Assembly (NCBI GenBank): GCA_023436485.1
Contig: JAEZIU010000142.1
Span: 5,387-69,386 of the forward strand
Direction: 5' to 3'
Length of the DNA stretch: 64,000 nucleotides
Origin: Bacillota bacterium
GTDB taxonomy: Bacteria > Bacillota > Clostridia > Acetivibrionales > DSM-1351
A model generated the notes under the pieces. That model had not been told where the DNA came from, did no database searches, and worked only from the letters and a program-made list of their open reading frames with translations. Shown piece by piece: positions 61,299-64,000 of the stretch. The position numbers and the translations under genes are program-made. Position 1 is the stretch's first letter, and each line of letters begins with the position of its first letter.

Positions 61299-64000
61299 AT
61301 GGATAAATACACGGTGAATATAATGATGTCCAGCGAAAAGTATAAGACCGAAAGGATATACTGGATGGACAAACTGCAAGGGGAGTACGTGCCGACAGGG
61401 TTTCCGACAGATAACGGCTATAATATAAATAATACGACCCAAACCTCGCACTTTGGGAAAGAGCTATCAGGTGAAGTGTTTGAGAGGATTATGCAAATTT
61501 CAAACAAGTCTGAGCTGGGTATCTATATTATTTTGGTTACTGCTATCAAAAGTCTCCTGTATATATACAACAGGTATGAAGACATTATCGTCGGCATGCC
61601 TGTAATTAGAACTGCTGAAAAGAATGAGATTAACAGCTTGCTGCCACTAAGAACCATTGTTAAATCAGATGCATCTTTTAAAGATTTATTAAACGATATC
61701 AAATCCACAGTACTTGAGGCAGATGCCCATAAAAATTTCCCTATGGACGGGGTTGCAGAGCTTTTGGGTATTCAGACAAACGAAGGCATGCTCCCCGATT
61801 TCAGAACAGTTGTATTATCTGAAGGAATTCATGATACTACGGATATTGAGGCTTGCGGGGCGGAAATGGTCATATCCCTTAAAATAAACGAGAGCAGTAT
61901 CGGAGTGAGTGCAGAGTATAAGAACTCTTTATTTGAAGAGGAGACTGTATCCCGGATTTTTGAACATATATTTAACCTGTTGGGGAAAACAGTAAAATCC
62001 CCTGAAACGAAGCTTTCTGAAATAGATTTCATGTCTGATGAAGAAAAGAATAAGATATTATTTGATTTTAATAATACAGCTGCTGACTATTGCAGGGAAA
62101 AAACCGTGCATAAGTTGTTTGAAGAGCAGGTTGACAGGACACCTGATAATATTGCTGTACAATTTAATAATAATACAGTTACTTATAAGGAGTTGGATGA
62201 CAAAGCAAATACATATGCGAATTATCTGCTCAAATACCATAACCTGAAAGCTGATTCCCTGGTTGGGGTCATGCTCGATAAATCGGATGAAATGATTGCT
62301 GTCACGTTAGGTATCCTAAAGGCCGGGGGAGCATATGTGCCTATAGACCCCGGGTATCCTGAAGAGCGTATCAGGACTATTATTGATGATTCCGGGATCA
62401 ATATAGTTGTATCCTGCAAGGAACATATAAAAACTCTTAATAAACTGCAATGGGAGTGTAACAGCCTTCAAACATTTTTGTGCGTGGACTCCTCAGACGT
62501 TCTGAACGAAGAAGAAAGCGAAAAAAGTGAACTGATGGGAGAGGATGTATGGAAATACGTAGGCTCGAATGCGAAGGATGATATTGAGGGGGGCGCATGG
62601 GTAAGCAGCTATACCGGCGAAAACCTTTCAGAACGAGATATGGGAGAGTACTCGGATAATGTAGTTGAAAAGCTCAGACCCTACCTCGGGGAAAAGGTGA
62701 GGGTTTTAGAAATCGGATGTGCTTCGGGACTTAGCATGTACAAAATAGCACCCCATGTGGGACTTTATTACGGAACAGATTTATCTGAGGTCATTATCGA
62801 GAGAAACAGGCAAAGAATTAAGGACGAGAATATCCGGAATATAAAGCTATCGTGTCTCCCTGCACATGGCATAGATCAGATTGATGAAAAGGGGTTTGAC
62901 ATAATTATATTGAACAGTGTTGTTCAATGTTTCCACGGACACAATTATTTAAGGCAGGTTATTGCAAAGTGTATTCATTTATTGAATGAAAAAGGTATAG
63001 TTTTTGTGGGCGACGTTATGGATCAGGAATTAAAATCCGATTTAATTGAGTCCTTAACAACTTTTAAGCAAAATAATAGTGATAAAAATTATAGGACAAA
63101 GACAGACTGGTCAGTGGAATTGTTTTTGTCAAAGGGCTTCTTTGAAGACCTGAGGGTCGATTTTGAGGATATATGCAGCGTTAACTTTTCTGAAAAAATA
63201 CATACGATAGAAAATGAATTGACTCAATTCAGGTACGATACAATTTTGCACATTGACAAGTCTGTACCACGTAAGAGTTCTGAAATAACGAAGCATAAGC
63301 TCCAACACGGACTTGAAGAGCTAAGAAAATGCGGCACCGGGCGTGTTCAATCTAAAGCAAAGGCGGACAGCCTTGCCTATGTCATATATACATCAGGAAC
63401 TACGGGTAAGCCAAAGGGTGCCATGATAGAGCATAGAAACGTGGTAAGGCTTATGGTGAACAGCAAGATGCCATTCGATTTTAATCATAAAGACGTGTGG
63501 ACAATGTTTCATTCATACTGCTTTGACTTTTCTGTTTGGGAAATGTACGGTGCCTTGCTTTATGGTGGCAAGCTGATTGTTATTCCAAAAACAACTGCAC
63601 AGGATACGGCTTCTTATCTTGAACTGCTAAAGCTCAATAAGGTGACTGTTTTAAACCAAACTCCTTCTGCATTTTACAGGTTGGTGGACGAAGAGCTTAT
63701 ATCCGATACGAAAGACCTTTGCCTGCGGTATGTCATATTCGGCGGTGAAGCGTTAAAACCCGGCAAACTGGCGGCTTGGTATGATAAGTACGGTGAAACG
63801 AAGCTGGTCAACATGTATGGCATCACTGAGACAACGGTTCATGTAACCTATAAAGAAATCGGGCAGCAGGAAATTGAACGGAATGCAAGTAATATCGGAA
63901 AACCCATACCGACGCTCAGAACATATGTAATGAGTGAGACCATGAGGCTGCTGCCTTTCGGTGCAGCCGGAGAACTTTGTGTGGGTGGGGACGGCGTATG
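61299..64000 (+). CDS. NRPS (partial; not in ORF track): half-C - A(Thr) interrupted by a methyltransferase
   Basis: ATG 61299 after AAGGAG; LKAGGAYVPIDP, then WVSSYTG/VLEIGCASG/LNSVVQCF, then YTSGTTGKPKG, FDFSVWE, NMYGITETTVH; runs to the window edge. Confidence 0.9.
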   Translation, partial: MDKYTVNIMMSSEKYKTERIYWMDKLQGEYVPTGFPTDNGYNINNTTQTSHFGKELSGEVFERIMQISNKSELGIYIILVTAIKSLLYIYNRYEDIIVGMPVIRTAEKNEINSLLPLRTIVKSDASFKDLLNDIKSTVLEADAHKNFPMDGVAELLGIQTNEGMLPDFRTVVLSEGIHDTTDIEACGAEMVISLKINESSIGVSAEYKNSLFEEETVSRIFEHIFNLLGKTVKSPETKLSEIDFMSDEEKNKILFDFNNTAADYCREKTVHKLFEEQVDRTPDNIAVQFNNNTVTYKELDDKANTYANYLLKYHNLKADSLVGVMLDKSDEMIAVTLGILKAGGAYVPIDPGYPEERIRTIIDDSGINIVVSCKEHIKTLNKLQWECNSLQTFLCVDSSDVLNEEESEKSELMGEDVWKYVGSNAKDDIEGGAWVSSYTGENLSERDMGEYSDNVVEKLRPYLGEKVRVLEIGCASGLSMYKIAPHVGLYYGTDLSEVIIERNRQRIKDENIRNIKLSCLPAHGIDQIDEKGFDIIILNSVVQCFHGHNYLRQVIAKCIHLLNEKGIVFVGDVMDQELKSDLIESLTTFKQNNSDKNYRTKTDWSVELFLSKGFFEDLRVDFEDICSVNFSEKIHTIENELTQFRYDTILHIDKSVPRKSSEITKHKLQHGLEELRKCGTGRVQSKAKADSLAYVIYTSGTTGKPKGAMIEHRNVVRLMVNSKMPFDFNHKDVWTMFHSYCFDFSVWEMYGALLYGGKLIVIPKTTAQDTASYLELLKLNKVTVLNQTPSAFYRLVDEELISDTKDLCLRYVIFGGEALKPGKLAAWYDKYGETKLVNMYGITETTVHVTYKEIGQQEIERNASNIGKPIPTLRTYVMSETMRLLPFGAAGELCVGGDGV

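Overview
Low-GC, Clostridia-like genomic window with two parts. (1) Bases 1-30175 are a stack of three Tn7-like transposons. Element 1 runs off the left edge and ends in ...ACA at 11135. It carries tnsB, tnsA, a small HTH gene and tniQ/tnsD on the minus strand, plus a Lamassu/ABC-three-component-like operon whose first gene shares a 67-aa helical domain with a downstream metallophosphoesterase. It also carries a second ABC-ATPase/membrane-protein pair. Element 2 (11141-29688) starts only 5 bp later and has tnsABCDE, with inactivating lesions in tnsB, tnsC and tnsD. Its cargo is intact: a membrane-anchored hypothetical, an adenine MTase / GHKL-histidine kinase / receiver / HNH operon, and two DUF4365-like nucleases. 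Element 3 begins with TGT at 29690 and survives only as an end plus a truncated tnsA. (2) Bases 30217-64000 are the start of a hybrid trans-AT PKS/NRPS cluster: a MutS-domain ATPase, type II thioesterase, FAAL-ACP, free-standing AT, three PKS modules, an NRPS (Thr-E, Cys-Cy-Ox) and a partial NRPS whose Thr A domain is interrupted by a methyltransferase. No rRNA, tRNA, CRISPR array or cas gene was seen. Family names come from motif recognition by eye, not from database searches.
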